From IMG/VR virus record IMGVR_UViG_3300032138_000524, positions 67,841 to 131,840 of that record: a DNA stretch of 64,000 nt; one strand, given 5' to 3'. Made by a program: the position numbers and the translations under genes. Source of the stretch: a virus (taxonomy: Duplodnaviria > Caudoviricetes). A model generated the notes under the pieces. It made no database searches, had not been told where the DNA came from, and worked only from the letters and a program-made list of their open reading frames with translations. How positions within the stretch are numbered: position 1 is the first letter of the stretch; every line of letters starts with the position of its first letter. Below, piece by piece: positions 37,713 to 48,082 of this stretch.

Positions 37713-39050
37713 ATGAGTAAACCATTAGTATTAGTTACAGCACCCGTAGGCACGAGAAGTGGTTATGGTTCTCACAGTAGAGATATAGTTAGGTCATTAA
37801 TTGCAATGGACAAATTTGATATTAAAATTTGGCCAGTTCGTTGGGGGGCAACACCACAGAATGCACTTGATGAGAAAAATCCATATGATAAACCTATTAT
37901 AGAGAGATTACTGCCGAACCCAAATATGGATAGACAACCAGATATTCATTTTCATATTGTAGTTCCAAATGAATTCCAGACAATGGGAAAATATAATATT
38001 GGTATTACAGCGGGATTAGAAACTACAGTTATGCCACCTGAATGGTTAGAGGGATTAAATAGAATGAATTTGAATATAGTTCCTGCTAATTTTATTAAAG
38101 AAAGTTTATCAAAAACAGTATTTGATAAACATGATCAAAATACGAAAGAAAAAATTGGTGAAATTAGATGTAATTCGCCAGTAGAGGTTTTATTTGAAGG
38201 TGCAGATACGGAAGTTTATAAAACAACTAAAGAGTTTTCCAAAGACCTTGTAGATACTCTCGAAGAAATAAAAGAAAATTTCTGTTTTCTATTTGTGGGA
38301 CATTGGTTACAAGGTGGTCTTGGAAACGATAGAAAAGATTTAGGTATGTTAATAAAAACATTTTTGGAAACATTTAAGAATCAAAAGAAACAACCAGGTC
38401 TCATTATTAAAACATCAGGAGCAACACCTTGTATTTTAGACAGAGAAGATATACTTTCTAAAATTAAACAAATTAAATCTACGGTGAAAGGTAGACTTCC
38501 AAATATTTATGTATTACATGGTGATTTAGAAGATGATGAAATGAATGGATTATACAATCATCCAAAAGTAAAAGCTCATGTTTCATTTACTCACGGAGAA
38601 GGATTTGGTCGTCCATTACTTGAAGCATCATTATCAGAGAAACCTGTAATTGCACCAAATTGGGGTGGACAAGTAGATTTTCTTAATAAGGACGCTATAT
38701 TATTACCAGGAAGTCTTAACGATGTTAAAAAAGAATCTTTACAAAAGGGAATGCATATAAAGGGAACACAATGGTTTACAGTAAATTATAATTACGCTTC
38801 TAAGATTTTAAAAGAAGTATTTGATAATTATAGTAAATATACTATTAAGGCAAAAAAACTTGCAATAATGAATCAAACTAAATTTTCACTTGATGCAATG
38901 ACTAAGAAATTTGAAGGAATACTTGATAAATATTTACCAAAATTTGAAGAACAACCTATACCAGTTGATTTGAAATTACCAAAATTAAAGAAAATTGGTG
39001 AGGTAAAAGAGAAACCAAAGGTAGAATTACCAAAATTAAAAAAGATATGA
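37713..39050 (+). CDS. GT4 glycosyltransferase
   Basis: SGYG, DRKD, GEGFGRPLLEA. Confidence 0.88.
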   Translation: MSKPLVLVTAPVGTRSGYGSHSRDIVRSLIAMDKFDIKIWPVRWGATPQNALDEKNPYDKPIIERLLPNPNMDRQPDIHFHIVVPNEFQTMGKYNIGITAGLETTVMPPEWLEGLNRMNLNIVPANFIKESLSKTVFDKHDQNTKEKIGEIRCNSPVEVLFEGADTEVYKTTKEFSKDLVDTLEEIKENFCFLFVGHWLQGGLGNDRKDLGMLIKTFLETFKNQKKQPGLIIKTSGATPCILDREDILSKIKQIKSTVKGRLPNIYVLHGDLEDDEMNGLYNHPKVKAHVSFTHGEGFGRPLLEASLSEKPVIAPNWGGQVDFLNKDAILLPGSLNDVKKESLQKGMHIKGTQWFTVNYNYASKILKEVFDNYSKYTIKAKKLAIMNQTKFSLDAMTKKFEGILDKYLPKFEEQPIPVDLKLPKLKKIGEVKEKPKVELPKLKKI

Positions 39051-39051
39051 T

Positions 39052-39510
39052 ATGGAAAGAGTAATAGATTGTCCAATATGTTATGATTCTGATACTTGTT
39101 TTGAGGATATTCAAGAGAAGTTTAAGTCTTATATGTGCTTTAATTGTGGATTTATGAGTAACACCGCGTATACCGAAGAGAATTCAGATAAAGTTGAAAA
39201 TACATCTCAACTTGTAGAAGAATTGAAATTTTTTGATGAAGAACGAAAAATTTACTGGTTTCCATCAGTAGTTAATATGGGACCTAAAGGTATAATATAT
39301 CCAGAGGGAAAAGTTGAATCTTGGGTTTGGAAGTATGCAGAAGTTGTTCCAATTAAAGAAGAAGAACAATTAGATTATCCAATTCCAGGTGAAGATGATA
39401 AATATTATACAGAAAAACTTGATGTTGAAGGTGCAAAAAGTTATGGTCAATATGAATTTCTTGATGCCTGTAAAGAAATGGGAATAACAATGGAAGTTCC
39501 TAATGCCTAA
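39052..39510 (+). CDS. Zn-ribbon hypothetical protein
   Basis: CPIC and CFNC. Confidence 0.6.
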   Translation: MERVIDCPICYDSDTCFEDIQEKFKSYMCFNCGFMSNTAYTEENSDKVENTSQLVEELKFFDEERKIYWFPSVVNMGPKGIIYPEGKVESWVWKYAEVVPIKEEEQLDYPIPGEDDKYYTEKLDVEGAKSYGQYEFLDACKEMGITMEVPNA

Positions 39511-39994
39511 AATTGGAACAAATTGGTCACAAGTTGAACCAGGTGATATTGTTTCTTTCAAATATCAATCGGTAGTAGATAAAAGTAAACAGGCAAAAAC
39601 TTCTACTATCTTGGTATTGAATACGAGATTTCAAAAAAAATTAAAAAGTGGTGATACTGGATACTATTTGAATGGAATGAAATTAGAAGGTTCTAATATA
39701 TCAGTATTCGGTAATAAAGACGAGGCTTGGGCTTTATTAAATGAAATAGGTGAGTTGGTAATTGTAGATTTAGACAATGAGATATATAAGACGAACATTG
39801 AGAGGAGATATATTGGAACTTGGGGGGCAAATGAAAAGTTATATGAAGCGATACAGAAAACACCACAAGGAAGAAAGGCACAATTTAGAACATATGATTG
39901 GGATCAAGTTAGAAAAAGTGCTGTATTTCTTGAACCAATAAAACTACCTAAGAAGAAGGTGTTATTGCTAGCTGAACAGCAAGGTATAAAATGA
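39503..39994 (+). CDS. Hypothetical protein
   Basis: Coupled ORF. Confidence 0.55.
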   Translation: MPKIGTNWSQVEPGDIVSFKYQSVVDKSKQAKTSTILVLNTRFQKKLKSGDTGYYLNGMKLEGSNISVFGNKDEAWALLNEIGELVIVDLDNEIYKTNIERRYIGTWGANEKLYEAIQKTPQGRKAQFRTYDWDQVRKSAVFLEPIKLPKKKVLLLAEQQGIK

Positions 39995-40635
39995 AAATAA
40001 GTTATGGAATTACAGTTCATAATGAAGCAGATGAATTAAATAAGTTATTAGAATTTCTCATCCATAAAACACGACCAGAAGATGAGATAGTTATATGTGA
40101 TGATTATTCAAATGATGAAACACAATTTGTAATTCAATCATGGGTTCAGCAATATGGACACGATGATATGAAAGTTATAAAAGTTTATCAGAGAAAACTT
40201 GATGGTGATTTCGCATCACAAAAGAATTCAGTAATAGAAAATTGTGATGGAGATTATATTTTTCATATAGATGCAGACGAGATTCCACATGAGAATCTCG
40301 TTGATATTTTACCAGAAATGTTAGAAACAAATGATGTAGATTTGGTGTGGGTGCCACGAGTAAATACAGTAAAAGGATTTACTGAAGAACATCGTATGAA
40401 GTGGGGATGGAGAGTAACAGAAAAAGGTTGGGTAAATTATCCAGATTACCAGGCACGAGTATTTCGTAATGATGAAAAGATAAGATGGGTAAGACCAGTT
40501 CATGAATATATTAATGGTTGTAAAACATATGCACATTTACCACCACAAGAAGAATTAAGTTTGTATCATCATAAAACAATAGAAAAACAAGAACAACAAA
40601 ATGAGTTATACTCGAAAATACTTACCAACAATTAG
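39991..40635 (+). CDS. GT2 glycosyltransferase
   Basis: ITVHNE, DDYS, IFHIDADE, YPDYQAR, VHE. Confidence 0.88.
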   Translation: MKISYGITVHNEADELNKLLEFLIHKTRPEDEIVICDDYSNDETQFVIQSWVQQYGHDDMKVIKVYQRKLDGDFASQKNSVIENCDGDYIFHIDADEIPHENLVDILPEMLETNDVDLVWVPRVNTVKGFTEEHRMKWGWRVTEKGWVNYPDYQARVFRNDEKIRWVRPVHEYINGCKTYAHLPPQEELSLYHHKTIEKQEQQNELYSKILTNN

Positions 40636-41005
40636 TGAATTAATAGATAGACTTTCTATAGTTCAGTTAAAGGAAGTCTTTATACCAGAACATAAAGAAG
40701 AATATGCTAAAGAAATAAAAGAGATAGTAGAAGATTTAGATGAATTGATATACTGGGAGAAACCAACTGGTGAAATGATTAGAGCTATTGTAGTGTTAGC
40801 TCAAATGAACTTACATATTTGGCATAATGAAACCAAATATAGGGCAGGTGAAGGTGATGGTAATCTTGGATTAACTCACGGATTAAATGGTATCAGAAAT
40901 ACTGCAAAGAATAAGATACAAGAAAATCTTGTAGAAGGTGGAAGAAAAGATTATAAAGTAGATTGTATAGCCGAAGAATTTGATGATTGGGAAGTGAGTT
41001 GGTAG
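40601..41005 (+). CDS. Helical hypothetical protein (DUF6165-like)
   Basis: ISELIDRLSI..LK, N..IW..E, LN..R...KNKI pattern. Confidence 0.55.
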   Translation: MSYTRKYLPTISELIDRLSIVQLKEVFIPEHKEEYAKEIKEIVEDLDELIYWEKPTGEMIRAIVVLAQMNLHIWHNETKYRAGEGDGNLGLTHGLNGIRNTAKNKIQENLVEGGRKDYKVDCIAEEFDDWEVSW

Positions 41006-41212
41006 ATGTTTAAAGAAACTCGTGAAAGGTCAATAAGAAAGTCCGTTGGTTGGAGAGTTGTAGCATTTAGTAATTCTTGGATGGTGTTGGCATTGGGATT
41101 AACTGATATACCACTTTATAATGCAGTAATTATGAATGTAACAGGTATAGTATATTTTTATTTATATGAACGATTGTGGAATAAATCTCAAAAAGGTAGG
41201 TATTCGGAGTGA
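41006..41212 (+). CDS. DUF2061-family small membrane protein
   Basis: RSIRKSVGWRV...YLYERLW. Confidence 0.75.
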   Translation: MFKETRERSIRKSVGWRVVAFSNSWMVLALGLTDIPLYNAVIMNVTGIVYFYLYERLWNKSQKGRYSE

Positions 41213-42078
41213 TATTTTGGAGAATTGTAGATAATAAAGTTCATCCAATTCAAGAAACAGATAATCTTGGGTTTGATAAATCAGAGGGATATAGAATACC
41301 CGATGAATATTTAGATAAACAAGAGTTTATGGTTATGAGAACTGCTCACGGAATAGGTGATTGGGGAATTATATCAGCGATGCCTCGTTTATTGAAAGAG
41401 AAGTATCCAAATTCCAAGGTAGTTGTTCCATCTAAAAAACTTCTAAAAAAATTATATGGTCAAGACCACAATAATGTTCATGTGATATTTGATAATAATC
41501 CATATGTAGATGAGTTTGTTGATGAGATAGATGGTGAGGTATTCCATGACCACTATAGAGTATATGATGAATTTAAGATATCTATACCTTTAATTAAACA
41601 AATGTTAGAGTTTTGGCAGTTCACAGAAGAAGAAATGAGTGATTCACAACCAGAAATGTATTGGACAGACGAAGAGAAGGAGTTAGGAGATTCCATCATC
41701 CACGAGGTCGCCGATGATAGTGAATTTGGTTGTCTATTAATGTCTGATAGATTTGGAACACAAATGGGAAAACACCATCAAGAGAGTTATGATAAAGATA
41801 CAAAAGTAATGTCTGAGGTTTTAAATGATTATGTATTACCATATTTTTATTATACATCAAAACCTATTTCAGAAACACCTTTTGATTTTATAGACAAGGC
41901 ATTGGATATGAGATATATTGATTTAAGGATTCAATTATATATTAAATCAAAGGCAAAAGTAAATGTTAGTAATCAATGTGGAACTAATCATTTAATGGTA
42001 AGGTATTCTACTTGTTATGAATCACAAAGACAATATCCAATAGCACATAATTTTGTAGAAGGGGAAAATTATTTATAA
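41209..42078 (+). CDS. GT9 (heptosyltransferase)-like protein
   Basis: HGIGDW, LKEKYP, IFDNNPYVD. Confidence 0.65.
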   Translation: MIFWRIVDNKVHPIQETDNLGFDKSEGYRIPDEYLDKQEFMVMRTAHGIGDWGIISAMPRLLKEKYPNSKVVVPSKKLLKKLYGQDHNNVHVIFDNNPYVDEFVDEIDGEVFHDHYRVYDEFKISIPLIKQMLEFWQFTEEEMSDSQPEMYWTDEEKELGDSIIHEVADDSEFGCLLMSDRFGTQMGKHHQESYDKDTKVMSEVLNDYVLPYFYYTSKPISETPFDFIDKALDMRYIDLRIQLYIKSKAKVNVSNQCGTNHLMVRYSTCYESQRQYPIAHNFVEGENYL

Positions 42079-42509
42079 TGAAGTTAATATATTCAAAGGT
42101 AGAACCAGATAAGTTGTTACATATCATACATAAAGTAGATGAGTTTTATACTATAGAAGAAGGACATAGACGAGATGTAGTAGGAGAAAAGGAATTCATT
42201 CAGTTGTCAGCACTAAATATGAATGAAGGACATACTTTTAAACCACACCAACATATTTGGAAACCTGGTGAAGAATCGTGTATAGCACAAGAATCTTGGG
42301 TAGTAATAAAAGGTAGTGTTGAATGTAATCTTATGGATACGGATGGAGTTACATTATCCAAACCAATATTAGAAGTTGGCGATTGTTCTGTAACTTTGGG
42401 TGGTGGTCATACCTATTTAATATTAGAAGATGATACATTAGTTTACGAATATAAAACAGGCCCTTATAAAGGACAAAAGAATGATAAGGTTTTTTTAGAT
42501 GAAACTTAA
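42078..42509 (+). CDS. Cupin (WbuC-like)
   Basis: PHQH, QESWVVIKG, GGH, YEYKTGPY. Confidence 0.75.
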   Translation: MKLIYSKVEPDKLLHIIHKVDEFYTIEEGHRRDVVGEKEFIQLSALNMNEGHTFKPHQHIWKPGEESCIAQESWVVIKGSVECNLMDTDGVTLSKPILEVGDCSVTLGGGHTYLILEDDTLVYEYKTGPYKGQKNDKVFLDET

Positions 42510-43041
42510 TATAGGTTGCGGTTGGAGAGATTTCGGTAAAGATTGGATTCATATAGATGGTGGTAATTATGACCATCTTGATTCTGATGATATTTTCGTT
42601 ACGGAATATAAAAATAATTCTGTGGATTTAATTTATGCTTCTCATTTTATTGAATATTTTGATAGGGAAGAAGTTGTTCCTTTATTGGAAAGGTGGAGAG
42701 AGGTTTTAAAACCGAGTGGAGTTATGAGATTGGCAGTTCCTAATTTTTCAAAAATAGCATCTTTATATATTAAAGGTTATGAACCATATGGTATGGATGA
42801 TTTTGTTGGTTTATTGTATGGTAAGATGCCAATGGGTGGTGAAACGATATACCACAAAACAGTATATGACTTTCGCAGTTTAAAAAGTCTGTTGGAAGGT
42901 ATAGGTATGAGAGAAGTAAAACATTATGATTGGAAAAAAACAGAACATTCAGAATTTGATGACCACTCACAGGCATATCTGCCACATATGGATAAAGAGA
43001 AAGGAACTTCAATGAGTTTAAATATGGAGTGTATAAAATGA
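42499..43041 (+). CDS. SAM-dependent methyltransferase (type 11-like)
   Basis: LNIGCG, IYASHFIEY, VLKPSG. Confidence 0.85.
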   Translation: MKLNIGCGWRDFGKDWIHIDGGNYDHLDSDDIFVTEYKNNSVDLIYASHFIEYFDREEVVPLLERWREVLKPSGVMRLAVPNFSKIASLYIKGYEPYGMDDFVGLLYGKMPMGGETIYHKTVYDFRSLKSLLEGIGMREVKHYDWKKTEHSEFDDHSQAYLPHMDKEKGTSMSLNMECIK

Positions 43042-43628
43042 GTTTTGATAAGATAAGAGAACTTGAGAATAAGATAGCAAAATTTTATGGTGCACCACAT
43101 GCAGTAGCGATAGATTGTTGTACTCATGCAATAGAATTATGTTTGAGATATAAAAAGGTAGAGAAGTTTACAGTTCCACCAAATACTTATCCTTCAATTC
43201 CAAATCTGGCAAAAAAGATAGGGATTGAATTTGAATGGGAAGAGAAAGATTGGGAAGATTACTATTATTTAGGGGGAACAAATATAATAGATGCGGCAGT
43301 ATTATGGAAAGAGAATAGTTATATTCCAAATAGTCTTATGTGTTTGAGTTTTCAATATCAGAAACATTTGAGTCTCGGTAGGGGCGGAATGATTTTAACA
43401 GACGATGAAGAAGCAAAGGACGAGTTAAAGAAAATGTCCTATGATGGTAGGTTACCTGATATACCTTGGAGGGATCAAAATATTAGTAGTATGGGATATC
43501 ATTATTATATGACACCAGAAACAGCTAGTTTAGGATTAGAGAAATTACCAAAGGCAATAGAAACTAAACCGAGAGATTGGGAATTAGAAGATTGGCCAGA
43601 TTTAAGAGATATGGAGCTATATAAGTGA
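43038..43628 (+). CDS. Short DegT/DnrJ-type PLP aminotransferase
   Basis: DCCTHAI, DAA, SFQYQKHLSLGRGG; paralog of 8886. Confidence 0.8.
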   Translation: MSFDKIRELENKIAKFYGAPHAVAIDCCTHAIELCLRYKKVEKFTVPPNTYPSIPNLAKKIGIEFEWEEKDWEDYYYLGGTNIIDAAVLWKENSYIPNSLMCLSFQYQKHLSLGRGGMILTDDEEAKDELKKMSYDGRLPDIPWRDQNISSMGYHYYMTPETASLGLEKLPKAIETKPRDWELEDWPDLRDMELYK

Positions 43629-44374
43629 GAAGTATTGTTTTGAGTTGTGATAAATACCATCCTTTATCTGAACATATGGTAGTTAGTTATAGAGATAAAT
43701 GGCCATCACATAATTTTAAGTTCAATATACCTTGGAATGATTCTAAACCTATACATTTATTAGAAAAATATTCTAATGAAGTAGAATTAATACAGACACC
43801 GATAGAATTTAAAAAAACTATAGGTTCGCTGTTAGATAAAGTAGATGATGATGAATGGATTTTTTGGTCAACTGATGATACATATTTAATTTCTGTTGAT
43901 GAAGAGGAAGTAAATATTACTCAAAAATTTGTAGAACAATGTGATGAAGATGTATTTGGTGTTACATTTGGATATATAAGACACGTTCCACATAGTATAG
44001 ATGAGAAAGATACAGTTGAATATGAAGGATTAAGGTTTGTTAGGAGAACACGATTAACTAATCCTTGGGCTCCACAATATTGGAGAGCCAAGGTATTGAA
44101 ATTTATGTTTGAGTCTATGGAAGAAGCACCAAAGTATAAAGCAAAACAGATGGATTATATGTTAGGAGATTGGAATAATCACACATCCAATGCATTTTGG
44201 GATATAATAAATCAGGGTAAATTTTATACTCTTGATCACAATGTAGGAATTTGGGGTGAAAGTACAAAGAGGGGATTAATTACTATAAATTGTGCTGATA
44301 GTTTTAATAATTACGGATTAGAAATTCCAACTACCTTTGAAGTTTCTGATTCTTCAATTTTTTTTGATGATTAA
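43625..44374 (+). CDS. Hypothetical GT-A-like protein
   Basis: VLSCDKY, FWSTDDTY (DD motif); GTG start. Confidence 0.5.
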   Translation: MRSIVLSCDKYHPLSEHMVVSYRDKWPSHNFKFNIPWNDSKPIHLLEKYSNEVELIQTPIEFKKTIGSLLDKVDDDEWIFWSTDDTYLISVDEEEVNITQKFVEQCDEDVFGVTFGYIRHVPHSIDEKDTVEYEGLRFVRRTRLTNPWAPQYWRAKVLKFMFESMEEAPKYKAKQMDYMLGDWNNHTSNAFWDIINQGKFYTLDHNVGIWGESTKRGLITINCADSFNNYGLEIPTTFEVSDSSIFFDD

Positions 44375-44385
44375 AAGGATATAAA

Positions 44386-45360
44386 ATGAAAAAGAAGGCG
44401 TTTATAACAGGAATTAATGGACAAGATGGTAGTTATCTTGCAGAGTTGTTGTTAGAAAAAGATTATGATGTATATGGAATAGTAAGAAGAAATTCTATAG
44501 CAGAACATCAAGAAAGTAGAATTGACCATTTGGTAGGTAATGGAGTTGAAACAGAGTATGGTGATTTACTTGATGTAAGTTCATTAGAAAGAATGATACG
44601 GACTATTCAACCCGATGAAATATACAATATAGCAGCACAAAGTCATGTGAGAATTAGTATGGATATTCCACAATTTACAGTACAAACTAATGCACTCGGA
44701 TTGTTAAATGTATTAGAGGCCTATAAAAATAATTGTCCAAGTGCAAGATTCTATCAGGCATCATCTTCAGAGATGTTTGGTCGTTCCGTAGATGAAGATG
44801 GTTATCAAAGAGAAACCACACCGATGCACCCAACAAGTCCTTATGGATGTACAAAGGTATTTGGATTTAATATGGTTCAACATTACAGAAACGCTTATAA
44901 GTTATTTGCAAGTAATGGAATATTATTTAATCACGAATCACCAAGACGAGGTTCTAATTTTGTAACTAATAAAGTTGTAAAGGCAGCAGTTGAGATTTCA
45001 GTTGGTAAACGAGATAAACTTCCACTCGGTAATTTAGATTCTTATCGTGATTGGGGACATTCAAAAGATTATGTTCGGGCAATGCACATGATATTAAATC
45101 ATACAGAACCAGATGATTTTGTATGTGCTACTGGAGTAACTAATTCAGTTGGTGATATGTGTGATTATGTATTTAATAAGTTAGATTTAAATTATAAAGA
45201 TTATGTTACAGTAGATGAAAGGTTTATGAGGGCCGAAGAATTGAAATATTTAAAAGGAGATGCCACTAAGTTGAGAATGGCATTTGGTTGGGCACCTGAA
45301 TATACATTTGAGTCTTTAATGGATGAAATGATTGAACATTGGTTAGATATTTATAAATGA
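44386..45360 (+). CDS. gmd: GDP-mannose 4,6-dehydratase
   Basis: ITGINGQDGSYL, AQSHV, QASSSE, SPYG..K, FNHESPRRG, RDWG. Confidence 0.95.
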   Translation: MKKKAFITGINGQDGSYLAELLLEKDYDVYGIVRRNSIAEHQESRIDHLVGNGVETEYGDLLDVSSLERMIRTIQPDEIYNIAAQSHVRISMDIPQFTVQTNALGLLNVLEAYKNNCPSARFYQASSSEMFGRSVDEDGYQRETTPMHPTSPYGCTKVFGFNMVQHYRNAYKLFASNGILFNHESPRRGSNFVTNKVVKAAVEISVGKRDKLPLGNLDSYRDWGHSKDYVRAMHMILNHTEPDDFVCATGVTNSVGDMCDYVFNKLDLNYKDYVTVDERFMRAEELKYLKGDATKLRMAFGWAPEYTFESLMDEMIEHWLDIYK

Positions 45361-46382
45361 GGTTACTTTTAATTTTATCACAATACAGAATTAGTGAAAA
45401 GATTTTACCAGTTATTCCAGAACTTAAAAAAGAATTTGATTTAGATTGTTTGTTAGTTTATCAAATGAAATCAAATCATAAATGGCCAGGAGATAGAGAT
45501 TTAAGAAAAGAGTTTTATAAAAATTATAAAGATTACTTCAATATAATTACAGAAAATAGGAATCATTTTGATTATGGTAGTTATGATTTAATTATATCAG
45601 ATGATAATAGAAATACACCTAAAACAGGGTTGAATGAAATATATGAAAAGAAAAGTTGTTTGATGATTGGTTGTTATCATGGAGCTGGAGAGAAATGGAA
45701 TAATGTTAAATTTATTAAAAGGTCAACTGGGACAGTTTTAGATTATTGTTTTGTGATGGGAAAGTCAGATGTAACTACTGATGTGAGTATACCAGTTGGT
45801 ATTCCATCAAATGATTACTTACATTTGTATCAAAATATGGATAAGAAACATATTCTCGTAATTGTAAATTTTCTTGGTAATAGGATCTGTCCGTTTGAAA
45901 TACAATTAGATGAAAATTTTGTGAAAGAGGTGGATTTTATTTCCTTACAGAATAGATTTAAACTACCAATTATTTTTAAATTAAAGAGTAGACAAGACGA
46001 AGGTATTGGTGGGTATAAGAGAAATGAAAATTATTTAAATTTTATTTTACCAGATAAGCTTGATTATAAAATTTTATGTGATTATGAAGATATAGATACA
46101 TTAGTATCTGAAAGTAAAATTGTTATATCGGCACCATCAACATTGGCATATAAACCAATTCAACTTGGTATTCCAACAATATTAATTAAGAATAGTGGTC
46201 AGTTGGGTAATTTTGGAGAATTTAGGGGACTTGTAGAATTGGATAAAGAAAAAGTTAAAAATAAAATAGATGAGATGATAGAGAACCCAAAAGATGTAGA
46301 TTTTATAGAAAATACAGTTGAAGGTGGGTTAGATTTTAAATCTACAGAAGTTTTTATAAAAGAAGTTAGGAGATATATATGA
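45357..46382 (+). CDS. GT-B fold protein (sialyltransferase/epimerase-like)
   Basis: YHG, VGIP.ND, SAPSTLA...GIPT; sits in the nonulosonate cluster. Confidence 0.5.
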   Translation: MRLLLILSQYRISEKILPVIPELKKEFDLDCLLVYQMKSNHKWPGDRDLRKEFYKNYKDYFNIITENRNHFDYGSYDLIISDDNRNTPKTGLNEIYEKKSCLMIGCYHGAGEKWNNVKFIKRSTGTVLDYCFVMGKSDVTTDVSIPVGIPSNDYLHLYQNMDKKHILVIVNFLGNRICPFEIQLDENFVKEVDFISLQNRFKLPIIFKLKSRQDEGIGGYKRNENYLNFILPDKLDYKILCDYEDIDTLVSESKIVISAPSTLAYKPIQLGIPTILIKNSGQLGNFGEFRGLVELDKEKVKNKIDEMIENPKDVDFIENTVEGGLDFKSTEVFIKEVRRYI

Positions 46383-47284
46383 AAGCATTAGTTACGGGAG
46401 GTGCTGGTTTTGTTGGCACGAACTTAATAAAGAGATTATTAAAAGATGGACACGAAGTAGTATCAGTAGATAATTATTCTACTGGTGATAAGAAAAATCA
46501 CCAATTAGGTTGTCGGTATCATGATTTTGATTTATCAAGTTCACATACACTTGGAATTTATGTAGACCATGGTAGTTATCCACAATGGAGAGATGATGAG
46601 TATGATGTTATATTTCATTTAGCGGCCTTGGCAAGAATACAACCATCATTAAAAAATCCACATGAAGCACTTTTTAATAATTTTGTAAGTACTCTCAATA
46701 TATTAGAATATGCAAAACGAAATAATATAAAAGTAGTATATGCAGGTTCAAGTTCAGTTCATCATGGATTATATGGCAGTCCTTATGCCTGGTCAAAGTT
46801 TAGTGGAGAAGATTTATGTAAATTATATAATAATGTATATAAGTTGGATACTACAATATGTAGATTTTATAATGTATATGGACCTCACCAAGTAGAAGAT
46901 GGAGTATATTCTACATTGATGGGTATATTTCAAAAACAATATAGAGAAGGAAAATCACTAACGATAGTAGGAACAGGAAAACAAAGACGAGATTTTACTC
47001 ACATTGATGATATTGTAAGTGGTTTAGTAAAAAGTGCAGAAGAGTATTTTAAAGAGTGTGAAATATTTGAGTTAGGTAGTGGAGTAAATTATTCTATAAA
47101 TGAAATAGCTGATATGTTTGGTAAAGACTATCCAAAGGAATATATTGAACAACGACCTGGTGAGTATGATGTTACTTTAGCTGATTATTCTCATGCTCGT
47201 GATTTACTTGGGTGGAATCCAACAAGAACACTACAAAAATATGTTGAAGATTTTGTAGAAACAGAAAAGTTTTTTAATGAATAA
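46379..47284 (+). CDS. NAD-dependent epimerase/dehydratase
   Basis: TGGAGFVG, SPYAWSK, RFYNVYG, RDFTH. Confidence 0.92.
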   Translation: MKALVTGGAGFVGTNLIKRLLKDGHEVVSVDNYSTGDKKNHQLGCRYHDFDLSSSHTLGIYVDHGSYPQWRDDEYDVIFHLAALARIQPSLKNPHEALFNNFVSTLNILEYAKRNNIKVVYAGSSSVHHGLYGSPYAWSKFSGEDLCKLYNNVYKLDTTICRFYNVYGPHQVEDGVYSTLMGIFQKQYREGKSLTIVGTGKQRRDFTHIDDIVSGLVKSAEEYFKECEIFELGSGVNYSINEIADMFGKDYPKEYIEQRPGEYDVTLADYSHARDLLGWNPTRTLQKYVEDFVETEKFFNE

Positions 47285-47302
47285 AGTTTATAAGGTAAAA
47301 TA

Positions 47303-48082
47303 ATGATAAAGGTAAAAATTAAAGAGACTAATAGTAATCCGAGTATACTTCATGGAAATGGAAAGGCAAGTAGATTACCAAACGGAGTATATAATAATTT
47401 AAAGTCTAAGTTTTTAAATACACAAACACCAATTCAAGATAAAAATGATAATGTTACTATTGTCACTTGGAAAGGTGGGAAGTATGCTAATCAAGAAACT
47501 ATATTAGAAACTTGTATGAGATATTATGATCATCCGATTGTTATATTAGATTGGCCCGAGAATAAACATTTTTGGGAAGGTTCAAAATTCAAAGTTACTG
47601 GTACATTAGATGCCATTAAGCAAGGATTAGTAACAACTGAATATGTGATGTGGTTTGACTGTAGTGATGTTATTTTGTTAGAATCTCCATCAGATATATT
47701 AACTAATTATCAGAAACATTTTGAGGATTATGATTTGGTATTTTGTGCAGAGAGAAATCACTATCCAAAATCTGATAGAATGACTGCAGTTAGCACAGAT
47801 ATAATCTCACAATATGATAAAATTTATGAGTATGATAATAAATCGTCCCCTTCAACTTTTAAATATTTGAACTCTGGATGTCTTGTTGGAAAAACTTCTA
47901 AATTGCAAGAATTTCTTAAAGAGGCTACAATAGGATTGGATGAAGATATAAATGATACTGTTATGTGTAGAATTGCACAATATAATATGAGAGATTCAGT
48001 TACAGTTGATAAAGAATGTAAATTATTTGCATGTTTATATGATGTAGGTCCAGAAGATGTGGAAATAGAAAGTCATGAGTAA
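47303..48082 (+). CDS. PLOD-type (procollagen) glycosyltransferase domain, apparently circularly permuted
   Basis: VMWFDCSDV, VFCAERN, KYLNSGCLVG; HGNG motif at the N-terminus. Confidence 0.7.
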   Translation: MIKVKIKETNSNPSILHGNGKASRLPNGVYNNLKSKFLNTQTPIQDKNDNVTIVTWKGGKYANQETILETCMRYYDHPIVILDWPENKHFWEGSKFKVTGTLDAIKQGLVTTEYVMWFDCSDVILLESPSDILTNYQKHFEDYDLVFCAERNHYPKSDRMTAVSTDIISQYDKIYEYDNKSSPSTFKYLNSGCLVGKTSKLQEFLKEATIGLDEDINDTVMCRIAQYNMRDSVTVDKECKLFACLYDVGPEDVEIESHE

